DNA of 63,105 nucleotides, filler included, from Sphacelaria rigidula (GCA_964200075.2; 10 parts of 10 records of this genome joined end to end with filler, not necessarily neighbours in it), one strand, 5' to 3'. Counted from the whole stretch's first letter, positions 46,655 to 61,356 are shown. Translations and numbers: made by a program. The notes: generated by a model from the sequence alone, not told the origin.

Positions 46655-48120
46655 ATGTAATATATTTTGCCCGCTTAATGTGTCGACGCGTCGGGTGGTC
46701 AATACATATTGGGCGAGTAATATGATGGTACGAGAGACAGGTCAATATGTAATGTGTCATCAATATGTCAAGGCTCGCGACAAGCAATATGTATCGACCG
46801 AACGATACATCACGCCACGCGCCACCTCAATGTATCTTGACCGAGTACTTTGTTGATGAGGTAAGACACCAATATATATTTGTCGAGTGATATATTGGCT
46901 TCCACCCCGAGGCGTCAATATATATATATACTGTCGTCCCAATATATCGGGTGCCAATGCGTCTAATATATATTGGGCGGACAATACACGAGGGAGCCGA
47001 CGATGCTAATACAAATTGGTGTAGCAATATATGTTGATGATTCAACAAGTAGATTGGAAAGATTTTTGGAATTGGTATGCTGGGTAGTTTTTAATTTATG
47101 TTTGCGGGCGCCATTGAAAGATGCATCACCAGATGCCGCAAACGCTCAATATATACCTCCGCGAGCGCGTTCAATATATATTATGGTAACAATGCGTTTC
47201 GCATCGCTTCGGCTCAATATATAGACACTTCATTACATACACGGCCGGCATGCACAATATATATTGAATGTTTTGTTCCCGGAGCAAATTCGTATCGAAT
47301 ATATATTGTCATGCACTACTTCACGATCATGACACAAGATCATATGTTGTTGCTTCAATGTCTCCGAGGACATCTCAACACAATATATTATATTGGAAGG
47401 ACAACATTTGTGCTGTCTCCAATTCGATGTATTGGTATTATATTGCAACGCATTGTATTGTCCAGGGTATAAGCAACACAGCACCGGTGACGAGAGGCGT
47501 ACCAAAAGGCGTATATCCACCCGCGTTGCCGTCGTGATGTTTAGCCAAGATATATTACATACTGTGAAGGGGATGGGCGGCCCCGCACCGGTGGTCAGAT
47601 AGGTATCATGACGTATATACACCGGATCGCCTTTTCTGTCACCATATTTCCTGGCCAGTACATATACGCATATAAAACCCTTTCGACAACTCTTCATAGC
47701 AATGCACGCGAACTTCTGCGGCTTCCTTTTAAGCTTTTTCTAATCTGCACGGACTTTGGCATCCACCGCGTCTGGATCTTTCTCAAAGCGTACACCATAC
47801 TTATAATATCCGTTATATACTGACCGGCCAGCGACCCCAATATATATTGACGAGTCAATATGTTCCCACCAATGCGTTCCTAATATAGACTAGTCGTGCA
47901 ATATGTCGTTGCCCACACTGCCCCAATATATATGTATACATATTGATGGGACAACATGTGTGCAATCACACGGTACTACTTTATATATTGGGCGGGCAAT
48001 ATGTATGCAGTCCCACGACATCAATACATATATTGGGCGCGCAATACGTGTGCAGTCCAAGGGTACCAATATATATATATATATTATGCCGGCAATATAT
48101 CGCAAAATTTCAATATGATC
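46655..48120. repeat. Irregular array of CAATAT(AT)nATTG palindromes and half-sites
   Basis: Dozens of CAATAT/ATATTG motifs, e.g. CAATACATATTGGGCG at 46700 and 48022, and CAATATATATTG at 47838. Confidence 0.8.
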
Positions 48121-49586
48121 GACAAACATATTTTGAAAACATGATGTATTGTCCAGAGTGTGTGGAAACGTTCAAAGGTATGTACACGAACCAGTCAGTA
48201 ACGCTGTCTTTCTATCGCATCAATGCAAGATGCATGCAGCCAACAGTGAGGAGTGAGTCTAAACCAGAGATCGAAATGAGCCACCACCCAAAGTCGGCTT
48301 CGGCGCCAAACATCGGATCTTCTGAACCGAAGTACCTGAGACATTGACCGACATAATGACGCCAACAGAGATGACGACAACGACTGCAAATCGCAACACG
48401 TGCTGGTCAATAGTCCTCCTCAGTACACCTTTTAGACAGTAGTATGAGCTGTGACACATGGCATCGACCGACACACGATGAGCACGCACTACTCACTACC
48501 CATAAAAATGTGAGGAACAACAGTTCTTGTGCTGGTGAATGTATGAAAAATGCCTGGATTCTCTACTTGCTTTGCCGACGGTATCCACCAACAATAATAT
48601 TGCGCGACAGTATCCCTACTTCATTAAAAGTAGAGGAGACTAGGCGCATTGATGCAACCAGTCAATTTGCATTCTTTTTTTTCTCCACAGTTGTATTTCA
48701 TTTCATTTCATTTTGTGCTCTCCCTTCTACCTGTTCTCTCTTTTTTTCTCTATTTTTTTTTCTGTTTTGGTTCAAGCGAGTAAGTGTCTGCCCGCTTTTT
48801 TTTATCACCGTTGGGTGGATGACATCTGACATCAGGTGTTCATCTTGTAGGGCTGCTTACCATCCCAGGCGCCTTTCGATGTTCATACCGGCTAAACTCA
48901 ACTACACCCCAACGCTACGAGTAACGCCGACCCTAGACCCGACTATGGTGGACCGTGAGCCCTCGAGCAATAAAGCAGTAGATACGGCGATCCCCAGCAA
49001 GACTATGCACCGTGCCGCAAACGTGTCCACTGCACACCAGGGAACTCATTTCACTCTGAATCAAGTAGAAGGTGTACGGATGAAGATCCAAAAGGCACTT
49101 GAGATGGTAAACTCTACTAGAATATGTTCACCCCAAGGGATTCCTGGGCGATCAGTTCATGTAAGAAAGCCAATCGATCGATGTGAGAAATCCATCGATG
49201 ACGCAAGCAATCCATCCGTCGACCGACGTACCTGCCTCCCATCCGTAGTTTTCACTGGTGATGAAATCTCCCCAGTCAATTGAAGAGCTGGCACCAAAGG
49301 AGGCCGAGCTGTTACCGGAATAGATCGAGCTGTTACCGGAAGAAGAGGTCGAGCTTTCATCGGGAGCCGTTGAGTTTGTCGAACTCCCTTCCTCTGTCTC
49401 GAAAAAGAGGGAAAGGTATGCAAGCGCAACCACACAACAAACAACAGCGGAAAGGCAGAAATGACACAAAATTGGGTTTGCATCGGTTTTAATGTGGGAT
49501 AACAAGTGAAACAATATACTTTTTGGTTCGTTTCCTACTGTTGTTTTCCTTCTCTTCTTGTTTTTGTTTGGGGGGGAGGGGCGTAC

Positions 49587-50290
49587 TTATTTGTTGCTTG
49601 CCTTAGTCGTTTGACCGTCGACCACGCATCCCTCGCAAGACGCAGCATCGTTCCTACTCCTGATATTGACATCTCCAACATTTCGGCGCTCGTTGCGTTT
49701 CTTTTATTCAGTACACAAAAATCTTTTAGATATATTATACTCTCCCTGACTCGCCGTCTATGGCTACCATCTATCTCCTAGTCTAGCGATCATTTTCTCG
49801 CAACAGTCTCATGTATCAAACGATTTCATGCCACCTCCGTCTTTCCGCATTTCCCTCCCCAACACGCCCCGTTCCTCCTTGTGTAGTTCACATTCTGCCA
49901 CTATATGAGTTCTACTTTCTATTGCTTTGCCATAGGGGCAAGTCTGTGTGTCTACTTCCTCCACCCGACTACTGGTATACCTCTTCCTTCATTCTAACAG
50001 GTCCAGGCCCCCCACCCGAAATCGCATTTTCAATTCTTTGGCGGAGTCCATCGGGCCTTGCAGATACGCCTTCATATGTGTTCCCTCTCAACCCCCCGAA
50101 AATCTTCGGGTACTCTTCCTCGCCTAGTCTCCGTCTTCGCGCTTATTTTCCCGTTACTTCTCTCGTGTCTCTTACCCTCGGCTTGCACCCGCCACATTCA
50201 GCTATGTAACGACCATTTTTTAACGATAACGCCCGGACCTCTCCCCTCCCCCCAAAAAATGAAGGCCCACTTGTTTTGTATTCAGCTTAC
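49587..50290 (-). mobile_element. LINE ORF2 C-terminal fragment and 3' end (degenerate)
   Basis: Nucleotide homolog of 36927-37380 (ATTTGTTGCTTGCCTTAGTCGTTTGACC...), extending further 5'. Confidence 0.85.
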
Positions 50291-50465
50291 CTCTGCGGTT
50301 CTCCATTCTAGGATTCAAATAATAATTCCGAAAATTGAGGTGAAAAATTGAGATAATGCGGAAGAGCAGTCTTCATTTCTCCTCAAAACTGCCCATAACC
50401 TCCCACTCCCCCCCCCCCCCCCCCCATCTTTTTTCATTAGTTCCTCGATGTGCACTTTTTGATCT

Positions 50466-50565
50466 NNNNNNNNNNNNNNNNNNNNNNNNNNNNNNNNNNN
50501 NNNNNNNNNTTAATTAATTAANNNNNNNNNNNNNNNNNNNNNNNNNNNNNNNNNNNNNNNNNNNN
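50466..50565. other. Artificial contig linker 8
   Basis: Same 100-nt linker. Confidence 0.99.
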
Positions 50566-51054
50566 CACACTCACCAAAGGTATGCGTGGTTAAGCGTCAA
50601 ACCACGAAAGCAACCAACAAATGGCTTCCCCCCCCCCCCCTACCCCCCCACCCGTCCACAAGTTGCATATGCTCACCAGAGAGAGAACACAAACAGAAAA
50701 AAACGAAATCCATCTAGCACCCCTCAACCAACTAGTGCCGCCATGAAGGTCTCCATACGCCATTCCCGGAATGTCGGCAAAAGTGGTGGGTGAAAAGGCA
50801 GCACCGCACCCGTCGGCGCAAAAGCGCTCATGACGAGCTCATGGCCAACGCCGACGATCGAAGAGAAGCGTCTGAGGTATACCGCGGCGAAACGGTCTAC
50901 TGGCCGTGGGGCTCCGCCCCGTCACCGATGCACCTAAACACCTTTGATAGCAAATGGAGCCACACATGTCTGCGTTTCACGACCTGAAACATGGCAATGA
51001 TGGGAGAAAGAGGTAGCACAGAAGCAAGGGCGAGGAGATCCATGGGCATTTGAG

Positions 51055-51451
51055 TACGAGCTGGGCCGGCCTAGACGCCAATTTGTGGTTTGTAGACCCC
51101 ATCTCACCTCAATTTTGCGAGTTGGACTTGGAAATTTAGTACAGAGGAAGAATAGGGCATGCTGAAACGCTGTAAATCGGGACGTGCAGATGTTTTTTTT
51201 TCCGTGAATTAATGGTAATAACCAGCATCAGGAAAAAACCGTTAACTCACGAAAAATATCAGTAAACTACCGTTAACTCACGAAAAAAAAAATCTGCACG
51301 TCCCGATCGACAGCGTTTTAGGATGCCTTATTTTCCCTCCGTAATACATTTCGAAGTCCAACTCGCGAAGTTGAGGTGAGACGGGGCGGCTAAGAAACCG
51401 GGCCGGGCGGAATTCGGAGAAATATTTTTCCATGCCGTTCAGCGGCCCAGG
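51055..51451 (+). mobile_element. Non-autonomous DNA element, family D
   Basis: TA|CGAGCTGGGCCGGCCTAGA terminus; internal IR about 51097-51205 vs 51278-51387. Confidence 0.8.
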
Positions 51452-52054
51452 TTTGGTACTTGTGTTTTGAAATGTTTGCGGGACCTCGCTATGCCATAAC
51501 CAACCAAAAAAAGTGGGAAAGGTTGACATATATCTTTCTTCACTCGTTTAGGACGTTTTGGTGTAGTAAAGGCCATATTTTCACGAGAACGCCCATACCT
51601 CTCACAAAACAAAAAAAGTGCTCATTTTTTTTTTTTTTGTGCAGGCCTCAGCGATTCTCGATGATAAGTTTCAAATCTCAATTCTTAGAACCGAGCTGAA
51701 AAGCTCAGATGAGGCCCGAGAGCATTGTCCATTTTTCCTGAACACCCCACTGAAAAAAAATGAAGGAAACAATGAAAAACGATGTTTTTTTTATTATGCA
51801 CTAGCGCGTCTCCATACAAAAATTCGAAGCACAACTCTCAAAAAATGAGACGAGATATCCAGATTTAGTGCATCAAGTACCTCTGCTCCAAAATATATTT
51901 ATTCTAGTATCGAACCCTATGTGCACCATGTCTCGAGACAGATGAATTAGATAAACGTGAGGGTATCGATCGTTTTCTCGTGCTCCATGGAATGCTCAAA
52001 CCAAAGTTGTCATCATTCGCTGTATATATCGTTCGGAGTTTCATATAGACTTTG

Positions 52055-52165
52055 GTACCGGGGGAGGGATGGGTTGATCCCCTGAGACCACGGACTCATC
52101 CCGAGGAAGGAGAGGGGTTCAAAGGGCGACAAATAAAAAACAAAATAAAAATATGGACGCTATCT
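52055..52165 (+). mobile_element. SINE family B, 3' part
   Basis: GGGGGAGGGATGGGTTGATCCCCTGAGACCACGGACTCATCCCGAGGAAGGAGAGGGG plus A-rich tail. Confidence 0.75.
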
Positions 52166-54789
52166 CCGTACGGTATAGGAATTGCTCTACATGGAATTTA
52201 ATCAACGTGAAAAAATTGGCCCAGACTTTAAACCACACGGGCACCTTCCCCACGATCAGACGATTAATACGATATGCAGATCACTGTCCAACTCGTCTGT
52301 GTCGATGAGATAGTGCTGAGAGTTTAAATCCGCGTCTAGGCCGGCCCAGCTCGCACGCATATCGCGTTTGCAGGCGTGACGATAACCGCTGGGAGACAGA
52401 ATGTCCGTAATGTTCCATTGCCTCCATGCCTTGTGGCACTCTGGATTATGAAGCAGCTGAGCTACGGGTAGACTTGGCAAACATAAGCTGGCAGACACGA
52501 TGCCCCTCAACAAATCGGAGCTCACGTTTCAGGGAGTCAAGTACAGTAGAGCACAGGTACTACGGTAGGACGCCGTACTGTGCTCTCTGTACGCCTGTAC
52601 TGTAAGAGTACAGCCAAGTACCGCAGAGCACACGATATGATGCTGTACAATCTGTGTCATGACCCAACACAACTGTGCAGGGTACTACGCCGTTCAAACA
52701 ACGCACCTGAGAAAGCACCATGTATCCCCACCCTACACCACCGCATGGTCCACATAACCAATTTCAAACAGTACCGTAGACGGCATGTAGTGTTAGGACC
52801 CCCCGTGATGAGTACCACAACGTCGAATTCTCGACAAACGTGACCTTACACCCATGATATTCGAGTACATCATAGAAATTATTACTCTACAGCTGCTGAC
52901 AGTGCACACATCCCCCAGTACAGAAGCAACGCACGCTTCTTGACCCAAATAGGTTCACACGGTATCTTTCATCACGGAACATTAACACTCCTATCGACAG
53001 TTTTCCAGCGTCGATTCTGTCGAGAACTCAACACCCCTCAAGGGATACCGTGCGCCGAAATATTTCGACCGTAACGTCAGTAAGCAGGAATTTTTCCCCG
53101 AGATACTACACCGCCAGTTATAAGAACACAACCTCACCGTCGGCAATCTCCAAAGCTCACCTAATCCGCCAGCTGCTGCAATCTCCTCCGCGACCACCGC
53201 TTTCGTTCGCCTGGAACCCACGCATGTCTGGCACTGTTGTCTGTGAAAGCGATTGAGACGTCGAAGCAATGACCCTGTCCTGCCTTGTAGCTTGTACGCC
53301 ACCGAAGGGTGGCGCTGGTCGGTTGCTTCATCCTCGGCAATGCGAATGATACACCTAGAGCCCTGACCCTTTGTCGTCGGGAGGGTCAACAATGGTGAAT
53401 GGAGGTCAAGACGGGGACGTGCCCTCCGCCTTGTGCTCCCTCTCACTCACGACGTGAAAAATCACGCGCGCTTTTGATTTGAGCCCCCTAGTGGAGGCAA
53501 CGCCGTTACTTGTACCGCGGTGACTGCTTGAGTTATCCACGTCTGCAACTACTCTCTTCTTGACTGATTGACTACTACTCTGCCAACATTTCCACCGCCA
53601 GCCTCATCTCGAAACATCACCGTTGGCTTATAGTCCAGGATCATCGAGGATATTTCCAGGTGAGGGCCTGCCTTTTTCTTGGGGGAAGGGCGAGTGTACT
53701 CATAATCTTGCATGCCGTAGTCACGGGACCATTGACTACGCATCACTACGAAGTCGGGACGAAGCACGCCGGGTTTTCGGCGGACCAGGCTCGCGATCGG
53801 CGCCGTGACGTGTTCGGCGAGTCGAATGAAGGATGGGGGAAGGGGGCGTAGGGGGGGTCCCAGATCATCGGAGAAAGCTTCCCAGATCGAAGTACGCGTG
53901 TTCCCAAGAAATCTAGGTCGGGCAACGGGGCTGACGGGAGTGGAGCGACCATTCTGATATTTATGATTGGTCTAAAAATTGTCATAATCTCCCTAGACAT
54001 TCTTTCAATATGTCGCCTTGGTGGTGAAGGCGGTTTCGACCATTTGGGCAACGACCACGCAACCGTTGTAGCGCACATGGAGAGGAGGTGATTTTGCTGA
54101 TTGTTGCGCAGTGTTTTCCACCTACCTGCCTTGCCCCTCTCGTGCAGACATGTAAGTATGTGCCGGGTCAGTCAACATACACTTTCACTTGACTTGTTTC
54201 TGGCTTGAAGTCGGTCAGGGCTCGAAACAAATGTCTAGATACCCGTGTCCCATGTAAAGAGGCGTACCGTCACTCGAAAAACAGTACCTGTTGTGCCCAA
54301 GCTAAATTGACCGCGGACAACATGGCACACCCTGGATAATGACAATAGATGACATGTCAAAAAGTGTCCTACTACATACAGTGGCATCGACTATTGCGTC
54401 TATTGCAATCGACAATAGATTCCATACTGAACACAAAACACTTTTTGACAATGCAATTTTTGTCCAGGGTGTGCAGCATTAAGCAAATCGTACGAGGCTC
54501 GAGTTCAAAGTAGCCCGTATTCATCAGACGTGTTTCAGCACAAATATTGAGTCGATGATGTTGCGCCCGGGGTGGGAAGGTGACGCGGGTGGGTGGGCAC
54601 ACTCTCGACTCAAACCAAAACGTACGGTGTAGCTTACACCCGTCCTGTTCGGACAGGTACAGCCGAGTAAAATGCGCAACATGTGTCGTCTGTGCGGTGC
54701 CCTCGCGGCAGTTGAACCGGGTAGTGTTCGAAACAAACAACGTTTCAAAACTGTGATGCTTGCCCAGAATCGGGGAACGCATATGTCTG

Positions 54790-54942
54790 ATTTGATTCGA
54801 TTGATTTGATTGAGTGATTGTCGTACTTCAACTGACCGCCCAGGGATCCAGCCGTGGTCTCATGCTAGACGTACGCAAGAAAAACGAAACTGAAACATGC
54901 TCTGAGGAAAAGAAGGAACAGAAAAAAAAAAAGGTCGAACGT
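54790..54942 (-). mobile_element. Retroposon 3' end, family C
   Basis: (TTGA)n...CCCAGGGATCCAGCCGTGGTC on the plus strand. Confidence 0.75.
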
Positions 54943-56049
54943 CTGATTACTGAATAATTATGATAGGACAAAAAATATTTCAAGGCTGCCGATAGTTTTC
55001 TTCGAAGTCGGTCTTAACCTTTAAATGGCGAGATAGGCAATCTGTTGAATTGGCACCAATTTCCCTTGAGAAAAGAAAGCATGACCGAAATTGACGACCC
55101 TCACGGTCCGAGGGTTAAACCCTTCAGCACCAGATGCCACAGGTGTACCCTAGTTGGACCAGTGGATTGATGCCAGAAGAACCTGTTTGGGTAGACAGTA
55201 AAAAACGTGTGAACGGGTAGGGTTGACGATAACGGGATTCACTCCCAAAGTGCTCGCAAACAGAAGGAGCACGTCACCGAGAGTGTAGGGATTGCCGGCG
55301 TAGAGTCTCAGCGGTATTTTCAATTGGTCGTCTTCTTGCCCGAAATCTACTACATTTTCGAACAACCTCCACTTTGTCCAAACCGTGCAGGAGCATATTC
55401 CTTGACCAGTCTAGCAACAGATGAGTTACAAATTTATGCTTTTTCGAAACAATACGTAGCTTGTCGGGCAACGACAACGCTCGCCGGTTAGCATAACTGC
55501 CCTAGAAATTCTCTCGACAGCGGAAGCTTCGAAAGAGCATGGCAAATGAAACAACACAGTCCAGATGATACAGGGTGAATAATGACCCTGTGTAGAATGC
55601 TATACAGTAGAGCAATACGATTGCGGGCAATAACCAACAGCTGCAGCCCAAGGATGAACGAAAGAATGTGAAAATACGATGTGTTGTTCCGGGTGTCCAC
55701 CGCCCAACGAGATCAAAAGGAAGCAAACGCAAACCACAATCCACTCACAGGGAAAATTCATATATCGTCTCCCGATAACTGAACTGCACTCCACCCTTTA
55801 CTGACCGCTGACGACGCCACCCGTCCTTCACCAAGGGTCGACCTACATGCTCAGCGCAGTGCTCACGTGCCTCTTCTCTGCTGCTATCGGACTACAGGCA
55901 AGATCCATTTCATTGGCATAGGATGTGAGACTGCAGTCATTGGATTAGATGACTCACGAATGCCTTGCGTGGAGGGTGGGCCCATCAAGTAGGCTACCCT
56001 TCACGTCTAACTTATGCATAAACTTTGCCCGTTGAGACGTGGTGATCAA

Positions 56050-56785
56050 TACGAGGATCGAACTCGGGTTTTCACAATCTCACGGAAACAGACAGCGGGG
56101 GTCTGGGTGACATTTGCACGACGAACTAAGCGGAAATAAATATTTTTGCTCATTACATTTCGCCTGAGGGTATTCCCAACCCGAAATCGCAGAGAACGAC
56201 GAACACAAGACGGCCTTCAGAGGTGCCCTCGGTCAACTATGGCCGTACAACAGGTGTAGCTTTGGGCTGCAGAATCTCCCATCGGGCTTCACCAGAGGTA
56301 TTTCCAAGACCCCAGGTTCCCTCATATGTAGAGAAGTTCAGGTATGGTGAGACAAGACACTCATCTTCAGCAAAACACTCTCTGAACACCTTTCCCTAAT
56401 ACGAAAAGTTCCCTCGGCTCTGTTGGAAGCAAAACATTTAATCAATAGCCAACTTCGCGAAATCGTCATGGCGCACGCCTAACCAGGAACTCTTGGGGGT
56501 GGTAATTGATCGCGAGGGTAGACGCCCGGCACCATCCGAGGTTGAAGCAGTCAGTAAGCTCCCCCCCCCTCAAACACGGTAGAAGAGCTACGCGCCTTCC
56601 TCGGTATGACTGGTTACATGTGATGATTCGTCGATCACTACAGCATCATCGCGGCACCCCTGACTGACATCCTACGTAATCCTCGCTTTCAATCGAAACG
56701 CGCGAGGAAACTGAGAATCCCGTGGGACGATGAAAAGCAACAGATCTTCGATAAACTGAAGGAGGCACTGACCTCCCCACCAGTT
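56050..56785 (+). pseudogene. Ty3/gypsy reverse transcriptase relic
   Basis: DSGGLGDI; EIAENDEHKTAFRGALGQLWPYNRCSFGLQNLPSGF; TVEELRAFLGMTGY; YSIIAAPLTDILR; FDKLKEALTSPPV; the catalytic YxDD equivalent reads W*DK and frameshifts are present. Confidence 0.95.
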
Positions 56786-56885
56786 NNNNNNNNNNNNNNN
56801 NNNNNNNNNNNNNNNNNNNNNNNNNNNNNTTAATTAATTAANNNNNNNNNNNNNNNNNNNNNNNNNNNNNNNNNNNNNNNNNNNN
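56786..56885. other. Artificial contig linker 9
   Basis: Same 100-nt linker. Confidence 0.99.
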
Positions 56886-58731
56886 CCTTTGCCGCCATCG
56901 CGTACGATGGGTTAGCATGGGAAACGATGTTGGTGCGTGGAGGGGGGGTTGAGGGGGGGGGTGGTTGACGGGCGCCTGCAGGTTGATACGTGGGGATGGG
57001 ACGGTCATGTGTTGGGGCCGATGTAAGAACCTGCTGTGGGGGGCGGGGTAGTCCCGTGTGGAGAGGGGAGTCTGTACGTGATTCCATCTGGAAGACTGGG
57101 TTGGTGATCTGGGTGACCTTGGATGAAGTTTTCGGTTCATCGGAGGTTGAGGAGGGATCGACATGCAGGAGACGTAGGCGTCGAAGTTGTTCGTCCAATC
57201 CGGACTGTGAGACAGAGAGACGGACTGTTGCTTGCTCAGAGTGTAAACTGTGAGTTCGCTGGGCTTCTTCCAGCTGTAACTGTGCGGTTCGAACAGCTTT
57301 TGCTGATTGACGCAACACTTTACTCTGTTTGCTCTGTTGCAGAGCAAGGGCCTGTCTCTGATGGTCCACATCACGTTGAGTGCGTATGAGGAGTTGACTA
57401 CGATCAAATTCTTGTCGCCTATCGCGTTCTGCCTTGGCCTTATCGGCCTGTGAGAAAAGAGCATCCCAGTATTCTGCCTGCTCCAAAGGTGTCCACTGTT
57501 CCCACAAATGAGGTGGAATGAGTTCAGGTCGTGAGTGCTGGAATTGGTTTTTGGCTTTGTCCCTCACTTTTTTAGGAGGGCGTGTCGTGGTGGTGTGTTT
57601 GCTCGGAACACCATCAGCTGTCGCCGGGGGTGCAGTGTCAGGTTCAGGGTTTGGCTGAACATGAGGTAGCGTTGGGGAAGATCCCGATGGTTGGTCAACG
57701 TCTATAGTGTATGACGGGTGAGGCGTGGCACTGTTGTCAGTGGTCACGTCCGCGGTAGTCAGAGGAGGGGCAATTCCCGTATCGACATCCGGTGTCTCCG
57801 AGAGAGCATGACCGTCTACGTAATCGTCTACGTAATCGTCTACGCCTAGATCCTGATCATTGTCGTCCACACTACCAGACCTGGTATTTTGGTTCATCCC
57901 CGGGGTGTCATCGTCCGTGAAATGCTCTTGGGCAGGTGTACCCGTCGTGCGTGCGATATCGGACATGGTATGTATGCCTGGGGAGGAACGTGGTATAGGC
58001 AAGGTGGAAATCAAAAGAGTGATCAAGGATCGGGGCGTTGTACATTGATGCGGGAATGTTGACCGAGGGGGATAGCTAGGTGGGTTCGTCGGTATCGGGG
58101 GGATATAAAAGCTCCGCACCGATTGTGAGGCACCTGTTTCGGTGTTGGTACAGGCAGGCGTGTGTAGAGACAAAATATCGTTGTACGGGCAAGTTTGCTC
58201 CATCGATGAAGCATCGATGAAAGTATCGGACAGTCCGGGGGAATATTCCGTGTCGGAAAAAAAAAACTCATTGCCTGTACAGCGGGTTGAGATTGAAACA
58301 GCCCGCGCCCGCTCTGTCTGCCCACAGAGACCGGTAGTGTAGTACACATCGGTTAGCTCGGTGTTTCCCGAGCCGAGAAGAACTGCGGAGGGGTGTTGTA
58401 GCGAAGGGGAGAATAGAGTGTATTGAAAACAAGCGTGCTGCAATAAAAACTCAGGCGGTATGGACAACAACAGCCCGTGTGTGGAGGAAATGTGGGGCGG
58501 GTATACCGATTGAATGTGTGTGGTGACGCTGTTGTTTTTGCGAACCGTGTACAACGGTACAAAAAAGAGTCCATCCGTCCCGGGGTATTGGTGTGTGACG
58601 TCAATATGACCTGTGGGTGGGGAAGGAGTTTGCTGTGTAGCGAGAAATTGCTCGCGGGCGCGGGCGCGCCTCAAGCGCCGGAGCGTGCGGTCATCCATGT
58701 CTGAGACAGAGCTGGGTACATTGCGCGACAT
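56886..58731 (-). CDS. Long intronless ORF, probable Gag N-terminal region of a Ty3/gypsy element (open to the contig end)
   Basis: About 615 codons without a stop; Thr/Pro/Asp-rich disorder plus a coiled coil (KAKAERDRRQEF...LEEAQRTH); same strand as the gypsy Pol end in this contig. Confidence 0.6.
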
Positions 58732-61356
58732 CCGTGGTTTGTGGTCAAGCCAGACAATTGGAAGTAGCACGTGGTCAGGGTGTCGTAAAAATAACAGCGT
58801 AATTCCCGCTGAACGGTGTACACAAAATCAAGTGAAAATCAAAACCCGAAAATACAGGGCTTGAAAAAAATCAAACAAACAAAGGTTGTGGTGGCTGGAA
58901 CGGTTACAGCAGTAGCCGACGGAGAGAAAAACAGTACAGCTTGAGTTCACAAGCTACCTTTGAAGCCCCGACTGCGACGTAATCGCTAGCAAAGCAAGGC
59001 CACGACCCAAGATGGGGGAGTATGTGGCTTGCTGATCCTGTTTTCGGCTCGTAAATCAAACCGTATGTTTTTCTCATGCAAAGGCAGTCGTCGACAGTAG
59101 ACAGCTGCGGTTGACAGTAAGCACTGAGCTCCTTCTGAAAAGGAAACACCACTGTGAAACTATAAGGGAATTATGTTACTCGTGACTCACTCGTGTTGTC
59201 AGCTTGTCACGGCTCGCCACAGGTTGACCTTGCGCAGAATAGATGAAAAGCTGATGTTCCTTCTTGTGGATTCTCTACGGTAGGGTCTTCGCTGAGTTGG
59301 GATGCAAGTGCCTTGCCTGGGCGATGGGCACACGATTACCCTCAAAGCTCCTAGCTACGCATACAATCTTGTCATATAAATACTGTTTTCCGTGACGCAC
59401 TGTACCCCAAGCCAATCAAAAGCTGTAGCAACGGCAGGTACACGCAGCCATTCGGGTACAATCCTTTCCACTCAACACACGGCGGCAGTAATATAAACAC
59501 ACATTCGACTAGAATCCTTCCATACCCGCTGGTCGTTTCTGGGGACCATCTGCATATCCACAAGGAAACTAGTTTTAATTCAATCCCTCAGTCATATACC
59601 ATCACATTAGCCCATCCTGGATCGTTCAAGTGCAGTCGCCTTTCAGAAGGGACGAACTTGCATCGAGCCACACTCTTTCCACACCACAGAAAATTGAGAC
59701 TCCAAATGAAGATCGAGTCCTCTTGGGTACGGGCAACGGTAAGGGCGATCAACACAAAAAAAAACAGTAGCTGGCAAACACAAGCACAAAGCAAAAAAAA
59801 TCGACACACACAAGAACAAAGAGCAAAGAGAAAAAAAAATCGAACCGATACAATGATTAGGTGTCCTCATGTTCCGTTAGTCTTCAGACGGCGTTATGGG
59901 AAGGAAAAATAAGGGAAAGTAAATAAATAAATAAAAAGATAAGACCCAAAATCAACAATCAAACCATATCCATAAAATGCAGTTTCTCCAGAATGTCGTA
60001 AGCATTTCCGTGATAGACACAGGAAATCACAGATCAATCATCGAAACGGTTATCCTACCCTGCCACAACTCCGACATGAATAATTACTTCGCTATTTTCT
60101 GAATGTCCGATCTGTTTTGGGTCATTGGTAGAAAACCAAGCAAGCCCGCCAAGGCATCATATCACTTCGATAACCAAGTCCATGCTCATCACTCGTCCCA
60201 GTCAATCAGTAAAAGCAAACGACGTACAGCCGAGTTCGTCGCGGGCATGATAGTGTCCCGCGAAAACCATACGTTGATAAAAAAGAACAATTAGAATGAT
60301 ACGGACAATCAACTCGTTGGACGTGAGATAATTGTCGGTACCCATGTGTGAGACGACGTGCTGGGGTCGTCTGGGTGATGATCCAGTCGTACAGCATTTT
60401 TTTGTTTTCTCACACGACGGTAGGAGAACAACTGACCGGTTTGCGAGGTCAGGTGTCCGTATACGTCAAAAGAAACGTGGTGGGCGATACACAACCTTCG
60501 GGCCTACCGCGTAGTTCCGAGGCGGATCACCCAACACTTTTCTGAACCACGACAAATACACAAGAACGAGACGACCAACGCAGCCCACTCCTCAGTATTT
60601 GCCCGTTCGGACTAAAACGAGACTGGCCCGAACACAAACTGGAGTAAAACCCACAGCCGGTCGTACCGTCACGTTACTTCGTCCAATAATCCCTGATAAA
60701 AAAAAAAACACCACCGACCAATTTCAGGGGCGGGTAATTGTACGCAAAAACTGGTAAAAGTGACAGAAAAATAGCGAGTGGCGGACTCTGAGCCTGAAGG
60801 CTGTACCAACGGTCGAATATCGACATGGCGGAACGGACAGTTCCGAAAGAGCGACCTACCTCATCATGATACGTGAGTCCTGTATGAGGAGACGTTTGCA
60901 ACCGATCTTACTGCGACTTCAATAACAATTCTTCAATACCAATTTGTACGACGCGGCCAGTGGTGGCCTCGTTGTAACTCATCAATCACCAAAATATAAA
61001 TCATCGCGTCGCATTACCCGTGACCCTTTTATAAACGAGGTCGGTCACATGCGGCAGGACTCGCAAAAAAAATAGGCCAAGTGTTTTGGACTCGAGGGTC
61101 AGAAACATTCTGACACTCGTGGCGAAATTCCCGACATGGACGCAAAAACCAAAATCAAAAGAAATAACCAGGGGTACGCTGGGCAACAGCGAAAACGAAA
61201 ATCCGCAACACAAGGCAGGAAAACAACACGTGGCAACCGTCCTTGTAAACGGCAGCGGTTCTCGTGTGTATGAAGCAAGCAGGGTCAAAACGTTTCAGCC
61301 GAAAAAGTTGAAACATTTCAGGCAACCCATGTAAAATATAAAATCAACGTGGTACG

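Noticed and set aside
48444..49492. 279-aa ORF and EELAPKEAELLPE repeats
   Set aside because: The first half is T-rich non-coding-like sequence; the second half is broken by stops and has no family signal.
52991..55480. Scattered protein-like ORF fragments (possible KDZ or gypsy relics)
   Set aside because: No motif could be matched with enough confidence to name a family or strand.
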